Both the position numbers and the translations under genes were made by a program. Under the pieces are notes generated by a model that was not told the origin of the DNA, searched no databases, and worked only from the letters and a program-made list of their open reading frames with translations. From an uncultured Candidatus Saccharibacteria bacterium (GTDB lineage: Bacteria > Patescibacteriota > Minisyncoccia > Phycocordibacterales > UBA9973), in assembly GCA_964412965.1 (NCBI GenBank), contig CAYPQU010000003.1, forward strand, positions 2,788-66,787: a DNA stretch of 64,000 bases, written 5' to 3'. How positions within the stretch are numbered: position 1 is the first letter of the stretch; the number at the start of each line of letters is the position of its first letter. This document shows positions 42,501 to 51,495 of the stretch, in pieces.

Positions 42501-43091
42501 ATATCCTTGAGCCAGTTCATGCGAAGAGAGCCCAGTTCCACATCTAGGACACCAGGGTACTATTTTATAGTCTTTATAAAGTAAATTTTGCTTATGTGCT
42601 TCTTTGATGACATTCCATACTGATTCGATGTAAGTATTATGATACGTAACATACGGATTTTCCTGATCAACCCAAAAGCCTATCCTGTCTGTGAATTTAT
42701 GCCATAAATCTGTATAGTTCCAAACATTGTGCTTGCATTCTTTATTAAATTTATCTATTCCATATTCTTCAATATCTTTTTTTGATTGCAAGTTTAACTT
42801 TTTCTCTACTTCAATTTCAACAGGAAGACCATGAGTATCCCAACCACCCTTTCTCGTGACGTGATAACCATTCATTGTCTTATAACGCAAAACCGCATCC
42901 TTAAAAGCTCTCGCCGCTAGATGGTGAATTCCAGGCTTGCCATTCGCCGTCGGAGGGCCTTCGAAGAAAACATACTCTCCCTTCGGAGAATTCTTCTCTA
43001 AACTTTTTTCAAAAATTTTATTGTCCTGCCAAAACTCTAAAACTTTTTCTTCTCTCAGTGCATTATTTGATTTTGTTTTTTCTTCGTTCAT
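39564..43091 (-). CDS. ileS: Isoleucyl-tRNA synthetase carrying an internal ~180-aa histidine-phosphatase-like insertion
   Basis: HIGH region PPTANGKPGIHHLA, WTTTPWTLPSN, KMSKSLGNG. The insert carries FVMRHGESENN...SSPVTRARETA...THGG between split Cys pairs CDTCG and CDCGG. Confidence 0.95.
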   Translation of the reverse strand: MNEEKTKSNNALREEKVLEFWQDNKIFEKSLEKNSPKGEYVFFEGPPTANGKPGIHHLAARAFKDAVLRYKTMNGYHVTRKGGWDTHGLPVEIEVEKKLNLQSKKDIEEYGIDKFNKECKHNVWNYTDLWHKFTDRIGFWVDQENPYVTYHNTYIESVWNVIKEAHKQNLLYKDYKIVPWCPRCGTGLSSHELAQGYQDVKDITVYVKFKLTGASSFQVSSPDASAQVLGRGGQEPEPDHSHKHTGEEIHILVWTTTPWTLPSNVALAVGEDIDYVRVEQNGEFLILAKSRLSVLEGEYNIVEELKGKDLIGLSYEPLYPYTKAIASKEEAEKMENAYKIYGADFVTTEDGTGVVHIAPMYGQDDFELGNKVGLPKCHLVGLDGKFLEGTDFLKDRFVRDEDVAVDIIKDLAGKGLLHKKEKYEHTYPHCWRCKTALIYYARDSWYIRMSALKDKMVKENENINWEPSYIKEGRFGEWLKDIKDWAISRERYWGTPLPVWKCDTCGKIEVLGGVEDIKSKAKTSGNKYFVMRHGESENNLDGKINTSDEYRVSHLTEKGVNETRNNAEKLKNEKIDLIISSPVTRARETAIEVAKILGYDEKNILIDESLTEYKVSKYEGKTWQDYHNDYPNTEENFYKTEEGSETWNELRKRSMDFLYGLENKYQGKNILIVTHGGPAWLMLAGINGYGARQTLSMLKDFSCLVNSEIRELDFKPIPHDENYELDLHRPYIDEVDVVCDCGGKLERAKEVMDVWLDSGSMPFAQSHYPFSTTDIAYPADFISEGIDQTRGWFYTLHAVGTIMGKGKAFKNVICLGLVLDANGKKMSKSLGNGVDPWEMSDKYGVDTLRLWMYSINQPGEPKNFDEKTVAELNNKFFNLFYNVFAFYELYRDTKIVTSDKPNSKNVLDIWILSRLGELIKVSTENLENYKLLEPARAMRGFIDDLSTWYLRRSRDRIKEGDIEAKQTIYFVFKTMAKLMAPFAPFSAEDIWQKLKLENDSMSVHLGEWPEGFAYDDKVIEDMKELREIVTLGLQNRQKASIPVRQPLQEITVKKYNLKEEYVSILKDELNIKNVKFEEGQELEVILDINITEDLKKEGNYRELVRAIQDIRKKNDLNPNDLITLLIKTNEEGQGLIEKFKENIQKLVSAKAIEYKDNEGTEVKIADLTFVIKVVK

Positions 43092-43399
43092 ATGTTTTCT
43101 ATTTAACTAATAATTTTAATAATTATCCAAGAAAATAAAAATAAGTCTTTGAGAAATACCTTGCGCAGAGCGACGGCTCGAGCAGAGAAATTTTTCAACA
43201 GAAAAATATTCGTGCATTTCGAGAAGAGCTTATTTTTGCTTTCTCTTAAGAAAAAAACTCGTTATTTAATAATTATCCCAAGAAAGCAAGAATAAGTCTT
43301 TGAGAAATGACTAGGGAGCGCGACGGCGCGAGCTCGAGGAATTTTTCAGCAGAAAAATATCCGTGCATTTCGAGAAGAGCTTATTTTTGCTTTCCCTTA

Positions 43400-43600
43400 A
43401 CAAAAAACTCGTCCTTGTATAACAATCGACTGATTGCTACATAAGGACGAGTTTCTCTCCTCGTGGTACCACCTTAATTCCCCTAAAAGGGCTTATTTTA
43501 CAGCTTTTACGGGCTTACCCGCTAAGTTCTAATCTCCTTTTGTGGATTTCTTCTTAGTGCTCCGAGGTGATGTCCTCTTCAACGCTTCTATATATATATT
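43400..43600 (-). promoter_or_regulatory. T-box riboswitch leader (Ile specifier) upstream of ileS
   Basis: In the sense strand: a stem I region containing ggacATCacc (ATC = Ile codon), the T-box sequence aattaaggtggtaccacgagg, and the terminator ctcgtcctt...aaggacgag followed by tttttt. Confidence 0.7.
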
Positions 43601-43745
43601 ATATCATATTTACTGTTAAATTAAAAGCGTCTGACCAGTTGACTATATAAACGACAAGCCCTCTCTGAAACGCTCCTCCTTGCGTCGGAGTCGTTTCAAA
43701 GAGGATGTAATAATGAAATAATGAAAATTCTAGGCGGGCAAACCA

Positions 43746-44534
43746 CTACCTAACACAGCGAACATAGAACCCGCTAGTCTGACTGTGGTTGTACAAGTTA
43801 CCATTGTTCATGCTCTGGTAGTAAGCGAGCGTAGTAGGCGAAGACGGAACAGGGATAGAAGACCAGTAAACGCTCGCTACGAAACCAAGAGGAGTGTAAG
43901 GTGTAGCGGTTGCTCCAGCACCTGCATAAGATGCCCAATATAGGGTTCTCAATTGTTCAATAGAAGGAAGGCGTCCGCCGTTTGTAGTACAAGCAGTTTT
44001 TGCTGTAGACCAGTTCATAGTATTGCTACCCAAAACATCATCACCTGGGAGTGAAGCTCCGGCTGATGTTACACTCCTTGTATCCCACTTAACTACTCCG
44101 TTTTCATCTACTGACCATGCTTTGAGTTCACCAGTGTCATAGATGAGGGCTGTGGCTCCGAAACGAAAGTTGTTGTCACCTAAATAAACACCACTGGTAC
44201 CTAGATAGCTAAAGCATTTAACTATAATTCCTTGGTCAATAAGAGGTTGAGCTATTTTAGCTAGATTACCTCCTGGGCCTGTACAGGTTAAATCTGAATA
44301 TGATGTATTAGAGTTTGCAAAACTACCATATTCTGCTTGATTGATGGCAGCTTGGTTGTATAGTTGTTTTAAGGAGGATTTAATAGAAGCAATCTTGCTC
44401 TTTTCTCTTGCAGAGTTTAGTGAAGTGATGACAACTGATGAGAGTATTCCGATGATTGCAATTACTACCAATAGTTCTATCAATGTAAACCCTTTGGTAA
44501 ATTTTGATGATTTAAAAATAGATTTTTTACTCAT
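43746..44534 (-). CDS. Type IV pilin-like protein with a C-terminal DUF1566-like domain (paralog of 31363-32139)
   Basis: Identical prepilin N-terminus (GFTLIELLVVIAIIGILSSVVITSLNSAREKSKIA). The C-terminus ends GFYVRCVR, and its 3' region is GC-rich. Confidence 0.7.
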   Translation of the reverse strand: MSKKSIFKSSKFTKGFTLIELLVVIAIIGILSSVVITSLNSAREKSKIASIKSSLKQLYNQAAINQAEYGSFANSNTSYSDLTCTGPGGNLAKIAQPLIDQGIIVKCFSYLGTSGVYLGDNNFRFGATALIYDTGELKAWSVDENGVVKWDTRSVTSAGASLPGDDVLGSNTMNWSTAKTACTTNGGRLPSIEQLRTLYWASYAGAGATATPYTPLGFVASVYWSSIPVPSSPTTLAYYQSMNNGNLYNHSQTSGFYVRCVR

Positions 44535-44810
44535 GTTTTTATTATATCATCATATTGTTTAACGACAACCCTTAATTATCAAATCCCCCCTTTTATACAA
44601 ACCAAACCTATATAATTAATTCCATCCATCACCTTACGCGATCGCTTGCAGTGATGTAAAATATCAAGATCTCAATTTCATAAGTTAAATCCATGTAAAA
44701 AACAACAGCATTTCTATCCATTACTTTACGCGATAGCGTAAAGTAATGGATAGAAATATTATTATTCTGCTATATCCCAACTTCCCTGGGTCTGGCCCAA
44801 GGGAACTGGA

Positions 44811-44936
44811 CTAGGTGAACAGACACAAGGTAACAAATCTGAGTGAATAGGCCTATGTGAACGGACCTAGGTGAACAGACTTAGGTGAACAAACTTAAGA
44901 GAACAAACTCAGGTGGGCAGACCTAAGGGAACGAAC
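44811..44936. repeat. Nine tandem degenerate 14-bp repeats (consensus cTAGGTGAACAGAC)
   Basis: Read directly: ctaggtgaacagac, ctatgtgaacggac, ctaggtgaacagac, ttaggtgaacaaac, ttaagagaacaaac, tcaggtgggcagac, ctaagggaacgaac and others. Confidence 0.7.
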
Positions 44937-45010
44937 ACAAGAGGATCTTATTTTTTCTAATAACACTACACTTTTGCACAAAGTGCAAAAGTGTAGTGTT
45001 TTCTTTCTTT

Positions 45011-46711
45011 TTACATTTTGTCTGGTATTTTTATACCCAAAAGCCATAAGCCATTTTCCATTGTTTGATAAAAAGCTTTTATCAAGTCCAGATGATATTT
45101 TACATTCTTGTTATCTTCTACTAGAATTTTAGTGTTACCATAAAAAGCATTAAAGGAACTTGCGAGCTCTGTAAGATATTTAACGATATGATGTGGTTCG
45201 AGATTTGTGTAAGATTTTTCTACTACTTCACCAAATTGATATAAATTCTTTTCTAATTCAGAAGTCTCATTTGGAATTTCCCCTCTTCCCTCCAAGCTAA
45301 AATCTTTTGATTTAGCCAAAATAGAATTCGCTCGAACAGCCGTGTATTGCAAGTACGGACCCGAGTCTCCATCAAAAGAAATTGATTTGTCAAAGTCATA
45401 AATTATGTCTGAACCCAGTGAAGATTTTAATATTGAATATCGAAGAGCGGCAACTCCTACAAATTCTCCTATTTGATTCTTTTCTTCTTCGCTAAATTCT
45501 CGTTCTGCAATCTTTTCTCGAACAACTGAAATAGAATCACTTATCAGAGATTCTCCTGTGATGATATTCCCTTTTCGTGATGACATCTTGCCGGTTGAGA
45601 GCTTCATCATACCGTGTGTGACATGTTTCATTTTCTTTTCCATTTCTGGGTACATTAGCGAAATCGCCTTTTGGACTACTTTCATATAATCGGCTTGCTC
45701 AATAGCTGTAGTGACAATTGAAATATCGGGATTTTCTTTTTTAAACTTAGTTAAAGTAAGACCTATCTCTTTTGTCTCATAAGTGGGAACTCCTTGAGAA
45801 TTTATAAATACACGGGTGTGAAGCTTGGGGTCATAATTTTCTCCATGAAAAACAACAGCCCCATCTGATTCTTCAAAGATTTTTCCAATATTATCCCGCA
45901 CAATCTTTTCTCCTATGTGTATCATGTCACTTTCAAAAAAATAATGCTTAAATTTTGTATCCAGAATTTTATAAATTACCTCAAAGGCCTCAAGGGTGAT
46001 TTCTCTGCCCCAATTATATATATCTTTTATGCTTTCATCTTTTAAATAAATCTTTTTATTTAGTTCGTCTATTTCCTTTTTTACTGATTCGTCCTCATCG
46101 TAAAGATTGCTTGCTTTTGAATAACATTCTCCAATATAAATTGCCTTCTCTGAAACATTTTTATCCTCTTCAGGTAAGCCAAATTTATTTAGACCATATA
46201 TAGCCTTAGCGACGTGTAGTCCTATATCCCCCTGATAATTAGCTCGTATTGTCTCTGCTCCAGAAAATTCAACAATTCTCGAAACTGATTCACCGACAGC
46301 ATTAGCCATCAAGTGACCAATATGAAACGGCTTAAATGGATTAGGATCGGTATATTCCACCATCACTTTTTTGCCCGCTAAAATTTTATTCTTCCCCCAA
46401 TTTTCTTTGTTATCTAAAATATCTTTTACGATATGAGTAAAGAATTCTCGCGAAAGATAAAAATTAATAAATCCCGGCCCAGCAATTTCTATTTTTTCAA
46501 TTTCTCTTGGTAAATCTTTTTCTGCTTCAATCTTTATTTCTTCGGCCAACTGCCTTGGATTCTTTCCCACCTTTTTAGCACAAACCATAGCCACGTTCGT
46601 AGAATAATCTCCGTGACTAAAATCATCTGGATGCTCAACCACAAAAGAAACCTCTTCAATTCCGAGATTTTTCAAAACTTCTTTTATTTTATTTTCTATT
46701 ATATTTTTCAT
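45011..46711 (-). CDS. argS: Arginyl-tRNA synthetase
   Basis: HIGHLMANAVGESVSRI and the class I ArgRS layout. Confidence 0.95.
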   Translation of the reverse strand: MKNIIENKIKEVLKNLGIEEVSFVVEHPDDFSHGDYSTNVAMVCAKKVGKNPRQLAEEIKIEAEKDLPREIEKIEIAGPGFINFYLSREFFTHIVKDILDNKENWGKNKILAGKKVMVEYTDPNPFKPFHIGHLMANAVGESVSRIVEFSGAETIRANYQGDIGLHVAKAIYGLNKFGLPEEDKNVSEKAIYIGECYSKASNLYDEDESVKKEIDELNKKIYLKDESIKDIYNWGREITLEAFEVIYKILDTKFKHYFFESDMIHIGEKIVRDNIGKIFEESDGAVVFHGENYDPKLHTRVFINSQGVPTYETKEIGLTLTKFKKENPDISIVTTAIEQADYMKVVQKAISLMYPEMEKKMKHVTHGMMKLSTGKMSSRKGNIITGESLISDSISVVREKIAEREFSEEEKNQIGEFVGVAALRYSILKSSLGSDIIYDFDKSISFDGDSGPYLQYTAVRANSILAKSKDFSLEGRGEIPNETSELEKNLYQFGEVVEKSYTNLEPHHIVKYLTELASSFNAFYGNTKILVEDNKNVKYHLDLIKAFYQTMENGLWLLGIKIPDKM

Positions 46712-46712
46712 G

Positions 46713-47135
46713 TTACTTACCTGTAGATCCGAAACCCTGATCTCCTCTTACAGTATTTGATAATTCTATACTTTCTACAATATCACAATCTTCAAACTTT
46801 TGTATGATCATTTGAGCTATCTTTTCTCCCTTTTTAATTTCTACTTCATAATCGTTAGTATTAAATAAATGGAATAACATTTCTCCACGATATCCAGAAT
46901 CTATAACTCCTCCCATTGTCTTTAATCCTTTTTTAAAAGCTATGCTTGATTTATCCCATACCAAACCAACGAATCCTTCAGGTATCTCTATGGCCACCCC
47001 AGAAAAAACATCTCTTGCTTCTCTTGGCGGGAAGACAACATCTTCCACAGTATAGAAATCAATTCCAGCATCTCCTGGATGTCCTTTTGTGGGGGTCTTC
47101 GCGTCTTCTCTTAGTTTTTTTACCTTTAATTCCAT
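46713..47135 (-). CDS. dut: dUTP diphosphatase
   Basis: GDAGIDFY...GVIDSGYRGEM dUTPase motifs. Confidence 0.9.
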   Translation of the reverse strand: MELKVKKLREDAKTPTKGHPGDAGIDFYTVEDVVFPPREARDVFSGVAIEIPEGFVGLVWDKSSIAFKKGLKTMGGVIDSGYRGEMLFHLFNTNDYEVEIKKGEKIAQMIIQKFEDCDIVESIELSNTVRGDQGFGSTGK

Positions 47136-47233
47136 AGGTTTATTTTAGCATTTTTGAGACAAAACTAAAAATTGACTTTTAGTGATACAATGATAGTATT
47201 AATCAAAACATTAACCTTTTAAAAATAATAACT

Positions 47234-48106
47234 ATGAAAGTTTATTTAAATATCGTAGAGAAAATACTCAACGAGGGCGTACTGTGCCCAAACAGGACAG
47301 GTATATCTGCTTATACGATAGCTGGAGCTACGTTCGAACACGACATGTCTAAAGGATTTCCTTTGCTTACCACAAAAAAGATTCCTTTTAATCTTATTGC
47401 AAGCGAATTGGAGTTTTTTATCAAAGGAATAACCGACAAAAAGTGGTTACAAGAAAGAGGAAATCACATATGGGATGAGTGGGCTAAACCCCAACTTGCT
47501 CCATATGGCCATGATGAAGAATCAAAGAAAAAAATGCTTGAAGAGAGAGACCTGGGACCAATCTACGGTTATCAATGGAGGCACTTTAATGCCCCTTACG
47601 AAAATTATCAAACTGACTACTTCGGCAAAGGAATCGACCAGCTCAAAAAAATGATTGAGACATTAAAATCCAATCCTCGAGACAGGAGAATGATCGTCAA
47701 TGCCTGGAACCCCATACAGTTTGACGAGATGGCCCTACCCCCTTGTCATTATGCATTTCAAGTAACAGTCATAGATGGAAAATTAAATCTTCTTTGGAAC
47801 CAAAGGTCAGTGGATACCATGGTTGGACTACCATTCAACATTGCAAGCTACGCCCTTCTACTTCACCTGCTAGCAAAAGAAGCCGGGTTAAAAGAAGGCA
47901 GACTCATTGGATTCCTGGCGGACGTTCACATCTACGAGAACCACGTCGAAGGAGCAAGAGAACAACTTTCTCGTGATACAGAAAAGCACCCTCTCCCAAA
48001 AATAGAAACAAAGAACTGGAAATCAATTTTTGACTGGGACTTTGAAGACACTGAAATCAAAGACTATAAGAGTTATGACAAGATAGGTTTTAAAATAGCT
48101 ATCTAG
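47234..48106 (+). CDS. thyA: Thymidylate synthase (ThyA type)
   Basis: NRTGIS..., LPPCHYAFQ active-site Cys motif. Confidence 0.95.
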   Translation: MKVYLNIVEKILNEGVLCPNRTGISAYTIAGATFEHDMSKGFPLLTTKKIPFNLIASELEFFIKGITDKKWLQERGNHIWDEWAKPQLAPYGHDEESKKKMLEERDLGPIYGYQWRHFNAPYENYQTDYFGKGIDQLKKMIETLKSNPRDRRMIVNAWNPIQFDEMALPPCHYAFQVTVIDGKLNLLWNQRSVDTMVGLPFNIASYALLLHLLAKEAGLKEGRLIGFLADVHIYENHVEGAREQLSRDTEKHPLPKIETKNWKSIFDWDFEDTEIKDYKSYDKIGFKIAI

Positions 48107-48116
48107 TATAACTTTA

Positions 48117-48151
48117 AAATCCTCATATCGTAAAACGATATGAGGATTTTT
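48117..48151. terminator. Bidirectional hairpin terminator
   Basis: aaaatcctcatatcg taaaa cgatatgaggatttt followed by tt. Confidence 0.6.
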
Positions 48152-48708
48152 TATTTGTTTATTTTTTCAATTATCTTATCTATTTGTCGATGCAATTCCT
48201 CCAATGTACCGTTGTTTTCTATCAAGAAGTCAGCTATTTTAATCACCTCTGGTATTTGCCTATCAGCCTCAGCGTTTTCGTCTTTTAGAAAATCTTCATA
48301 TGTTTTAGAGCTATCTTCTTCGTTTTCGTTTCTAACTTTCATTCTTTCGTAACGCAACATAGAATCAGCATCTACAGCTAAGATAAAGAAGTTGGGCAAG
48401 TTTTTTAAATTATTCATATCTGTAAATCTTCTTATCCCATCTACAATTACTATTTTTGAATCTATCTTTCCTACATCACTTATTATTGTCTTTGAAAGCA
48501 AATCTTCTCCAAAATTAGATCTTAGCGAGGTGGAAACTTTTTGTAAATTATCTCTGGTGATTGGTATATTTAGCCTGTTTAAAACATCCCTAAAAATATC
48601 CGAAAACTTACACCCCTTGGCACCATGTTTATTTATCAAATATTCTTTTACTGCCCCTTTGCCACTAGCCAGAGTTCCAACTAGTCCTATGATTATTTTA
48701 TTTTCCAT
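48151..48708 (-). CDS. P-loop nucleoside/nucleotide kinase (dNMP kinase or dephospho-CoA kinase-like)
   Basis: Walker A GLVGTLASGKG, small size, and position inside the dut/thyA/dCMP-deaminase cluster. Confidence 0.4.
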   Translation of the reverse strand: MENKIIIGLVGTLASGKGAVKEYLINKHGAKGCKFSDIFRDVLNRLNIPITRDNLQKVSTSLRSNFGEDLLSKTIISDVGKIDSKIVIVDGIRRFTDMNNLKNLPNFFILAVDADSMLRYERMKVRNENEEDSSKTYEDFLKDENAEADRQIPEVIKIADFLIENNGTLEELHRQIDKIIEKINK

Positions 48709-49216
48709 CTTTTTTCTTTAAATTATACTGTCTCATTTTGACCTTGGCTAAAGTGAATAACTTGCGGCTTGCGTTAAACTGAGGAGAGCCTTTATATTTA
48801 TCACTAGAGTAAACCACCTCCTTAATTCCATTTTGTATTATCGTCTTCGCACATTCGTTGCACGGAAAAAGCGTACAATAAATTTTACATCCGTGTGTAG
48901 AATTATTAGCATTATAGACAGCATTTTCTTCTGCGTGACAGACATATGGATATTTGGTATCTTCAAAATCACCTTCCCTGGCCCAGGACAATGCATTCGC
49001 CTCTATACCTCTAGGCCAACCATTATAACCAGCTCCAACCATTATATTGTTATCATTGACTATTATTGCTCCAGCTTGAGTAGAAGGGTCCTGTGATCTA
49101 TCGGCTATTACATGAGCCATTTGCATAAAACACTCGTCCCAAGAAATACGATTCTCTCTAGGTTTTATCTTTGTTGTTGTTTTTTTAGTTACCATTTTTA
49201 TAAAATTAATTAGCAA
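48698..49216 (-). CDS. dCMP deaminase (zinc-dependent cytidine/deoxycytidylate deaminase family)
   Basis: HAEENAV...CTLFPCNECAK zinc-binding motifs. Confidence 0.85.
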   Translation of the reverse strand: MLINFIKMVTKKTTTKIKPRENRISWDECFMQMAHVIADRSQDPSTQAGAIIVNDNNIMVGAGYNGWPRGIEANALSWAREGDFEDTKYPYVCHAEENAVYNANNSTHGCKIYCTLFPCNECAKTIIQNGIKEVVYSSDKYKGSPQFNASRKLFTLAKVKMRQYNLKKKDGK

Positions 49217-49330
49217 ACAAATAATGTTTTTATTATACCTAAAAATTGTTTTAAACAGAAATCTTTTTCTAATACTTGACTTTTAAGACTGTGCATGTAT
49301 AATAGTAAATGAACTTCTAAATTTAATACT

Positions 49331-49516
49331 ATGCATGTTCTAGCCATTATGGGAATTGATTCCCCCGAAAATCGCAAGAAAGCTCTCTCGGTAATTAAGA
49401 GCAACAGAAAGTCTCCAATAATTCTTTTTTTACAAAGTGGAGACAGAAAGCTCCATAAAAAAATTGAGAAGTACAAGAAAAAACACCCGAGAGCTATCAT
49501 ACGAAAGTTTGAATGA
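49331..49516 (+). CDS. Small basic hypothetical protein (61 aa)
   Basis: ORF followed immediately by a strong hairpin terminator. No homology recognised. Confidence 0.25.
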   Translation: MHVLAIMGIDSPENRKKALSVIKSNRKSPIILFLQSGDRKLHKKIEKYKKKHPRAIIRKFE

Positions 49517-49532
49517 AAGGCATGTAATCCTA

Positions 49533-49562
49533 AAGGCGCCCCAAGGCGCCTTTTGTTTTTTT
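49533..49562. terminator. Bidirectional terminator
   Basis: aggcgcc ccaa ggcgcct followed by tttgttttttt. Confidence 0.6.
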
Positions 49563-49956
49563 ATTCTGTTGTTATTCCGTCAAAATCTGCTTCGTTTTGT
49601 TCTGCTTCATCTTTTGTCACTCTTACAATTCCATCTTTATGATGAGCTGGAGAATAAATTGTATACATCTTTAATCCCTCATCCCCCGCTATGACATTAT
49701 GTCTTGCTCCTTTTGGCACGACAACAGCATCTCCATCTTCAACTTCATATTCAGTCTCATTTATAACAACCCTACCCTTACCTTTTTCAAAACGAAAGAA
49801 TTGATCATTCTCATCATGAATCTCCATTCCTATGTCTTCATTGGGGCCGAGACTCATCAAAACTAATTGACTACTTTCTCCCGTATAAAGAACCTTTCGA
49901 AATTTATCATTTTCTTCTGTTAATTTTTCTATGTTATCTTTAAATCCTTTTTTCAT
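49561..49956 (-). CDS. Cupin-domain protein
   Basis: GDAVVVPKGARHNV...YTIYSPAHH cupin_2-like beta-barrel motifs. Confidence 0.65.
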   Translation of the reverse strand: MKKGFKDNIEKLTEENDKFRKVLYTGESSQLVLMSLGPNEDIGMEIHDENDQFFRFEKGKGRVVINETEYEVEDGDAVVVPKGARHNVIAGDEGLKMYTIYSPAHHKDGIVRVTKDEAEQNEADFDGITTE

Positions 49957-49973
49957 ATGTTTTTGTTTTTTAA

Positions 49974-50645
49974 TTAATAATAATTATATAACTTTTCGAC
50001 TTCTTCTAAATTTTCTTCATTTTTCTGTTCGTTTAATAAATCTTTCATGTATTTTTTATACTGAGATGCATAATCTTGATACATTTTTGCTATTACCAAA
50101 TATCCCAACGGAAGGGTTAGGAGTATGCCTACACCAAAAACCAAAGATCCTGCTAATATAAAAGACATAATAATCAACCCTTTCCAAAAAAGCTTCCACC
50201 CATTATTTCTGGTCATCAACCAAGATTCAGAAATACTTTTTGTAGCACTTTGTTTTTTAATAGCACACAAAAATGGTGCGAATATTATTCTTCCTCCTAT
50301 ATAAAAAGCTGGAAAAACTAAAAACGGTAAAGATGTTATGATAAGAAAAAACGTCAAAATAATTGTTTTGGAAATATCCCAATACTGTGAGAGTGTCGGA
50401 AAAGTCTTTCTGCTAAAAAAATCATAATATTCATCCTTTAATAAACCAATCGAATATATTATCCAGATGAAAGTAATTAGACCAATAGTGGCTAATGTTA
50501 AGATAAAACCAAAAAATTTTGCATCTTGAAAAACAGCATTAAGGATTAGTGTGACAGCAGACAGTAATGTTAAAAGACCAAAATTAACCTTATAAATAGG
50601 CCAAACTTCTTTTATTGCTTTTAATATACTAAAATTAAAATACAT
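49974..50645 (-). CDS. Hypothetical polytopic membrane protein
   Basis: Five or six TM helices, no motif. Confidence 0.4.
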   Translation of the reverse strand: MYFNFSILKAIKEVWPIYKVNFGLLTLLSAVTLILNAVFQDAKFFGFILTLATIGLITFIWIIYSIGLLKDEYYDFFSRKTFPTLSQYWDISKTIILTFFLIITSLPFLVFPAFYIGGRIIFAPFLCAIKKQSATKSISESWLMTRNNGWKLFWKGLIIMSFILAGSLVFGVGILLTLPLGYLVIAKMYQDYASQYKKYMKDLLNEQKNEENLEEVEKLYNYY

Positions 50646-50786
50646 GATTTTATGGATTAAATTATTAAGACTATGGCGCTTCTATTATAACAATAAAAAC
50701 AAAAAAATGGTAATAGATTTATCCAATTGACAAATATTTTTTAAAGCATAATATAAAAACTAAACTAAACTTTAAAACTATGAACT

Positions 50787-51485
50787 ATGAACAGAAAGAA
50801 ACTTGTTGTAATAGAAGGAACAGATGGTAGTGGGAAAAAAACCCAAACCGATTATTTAAAAAAGAGGCTGGAAAAAGAAGGATTTCGTGTAGAAAAACGA
50901 GATTATCCAAACTACAAAAACTTTTTCGGAATCTGGATAGGGCGATTTTTATCAGACCCAAAATATGGCTGGGTTAATATTCCCCCGATAATAGCTTCCG
51001 TTTTTTACGCCGCAAACAGATGGCTAGATAAAGAAGATTTAAAAAAAATCATCCAACACAATGACATGGTCATTTTTGACCGCTATGTGTCAGCTAACCA
51101 AATTCATCAAGGCGGGAAAATAAAAGATATTGCTGAAAGAAAAGAATTCCTAAAGACTTTGGACATGCTTGAGTATGAAGTGTTTGGAATTCCAAAACCT
51201 CAAATTGTCTTCTTCTTGGATTTGCCAGTGGCTCTTTCAGAGCAACTGCTTAAAAAAAGGGATCAGAAAACCTCCCGTGAATATCTAGGGGGTAAGGCAG
51301 ATGTCCACGAAACAAACACTGAATTCAAGAAAAATTCCTACGAAACAGCAGTTTGGCTTTCTGAAACTCAGCCTGGATGGATTAGAATTGACTGTGTCAA
51401 AGATGAAAAGATACGGTCAGAAGAAGATATTCATGAAGAGATATATCAAAAACTAATGCATTTCTTCAAGAAATCTGACATATAA
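50787..51485 (+). CDS. Thymidylate kinase-like (d)NMP kinase
   Basis: P-loop VVIEGTDGSGKKTQ, DRY-like region (FDRYVSAN). Same neighbourhood as the nucleotide-metabolism genes. Confidence 0.5.
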   Translation: MNRKKLVVIEGTDGSGKKTQTDYLKKRLEKEGFRVEKRDYPNYKNFFGIWIGRFLSDPKYGWVNIPPIIASVFYAANRWLDKEDLKKIIQHNDMVIFDRYVSANQIHQGGKIKDIAERKEFLKTLDMLEYEVFGIPKPQIVFFLDLPVALSEQLLKKRDQKTSREYLGGKADVHETNTEFKKNSYETAVWLSETQPGWIRIDCVKDEKIRSEEDIHEEIYQKLMHFFKKSDI

Positions 51486-51495
51486 ACAAAAAACA

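Noticed and set aside
44811-44936. Possible CRISPR array
   Set aside because: The 14-bp units are directly tandem with no spacers, and no cas genes are present. This is an iteron-like or operator-like repeat, not a CRISPR array.
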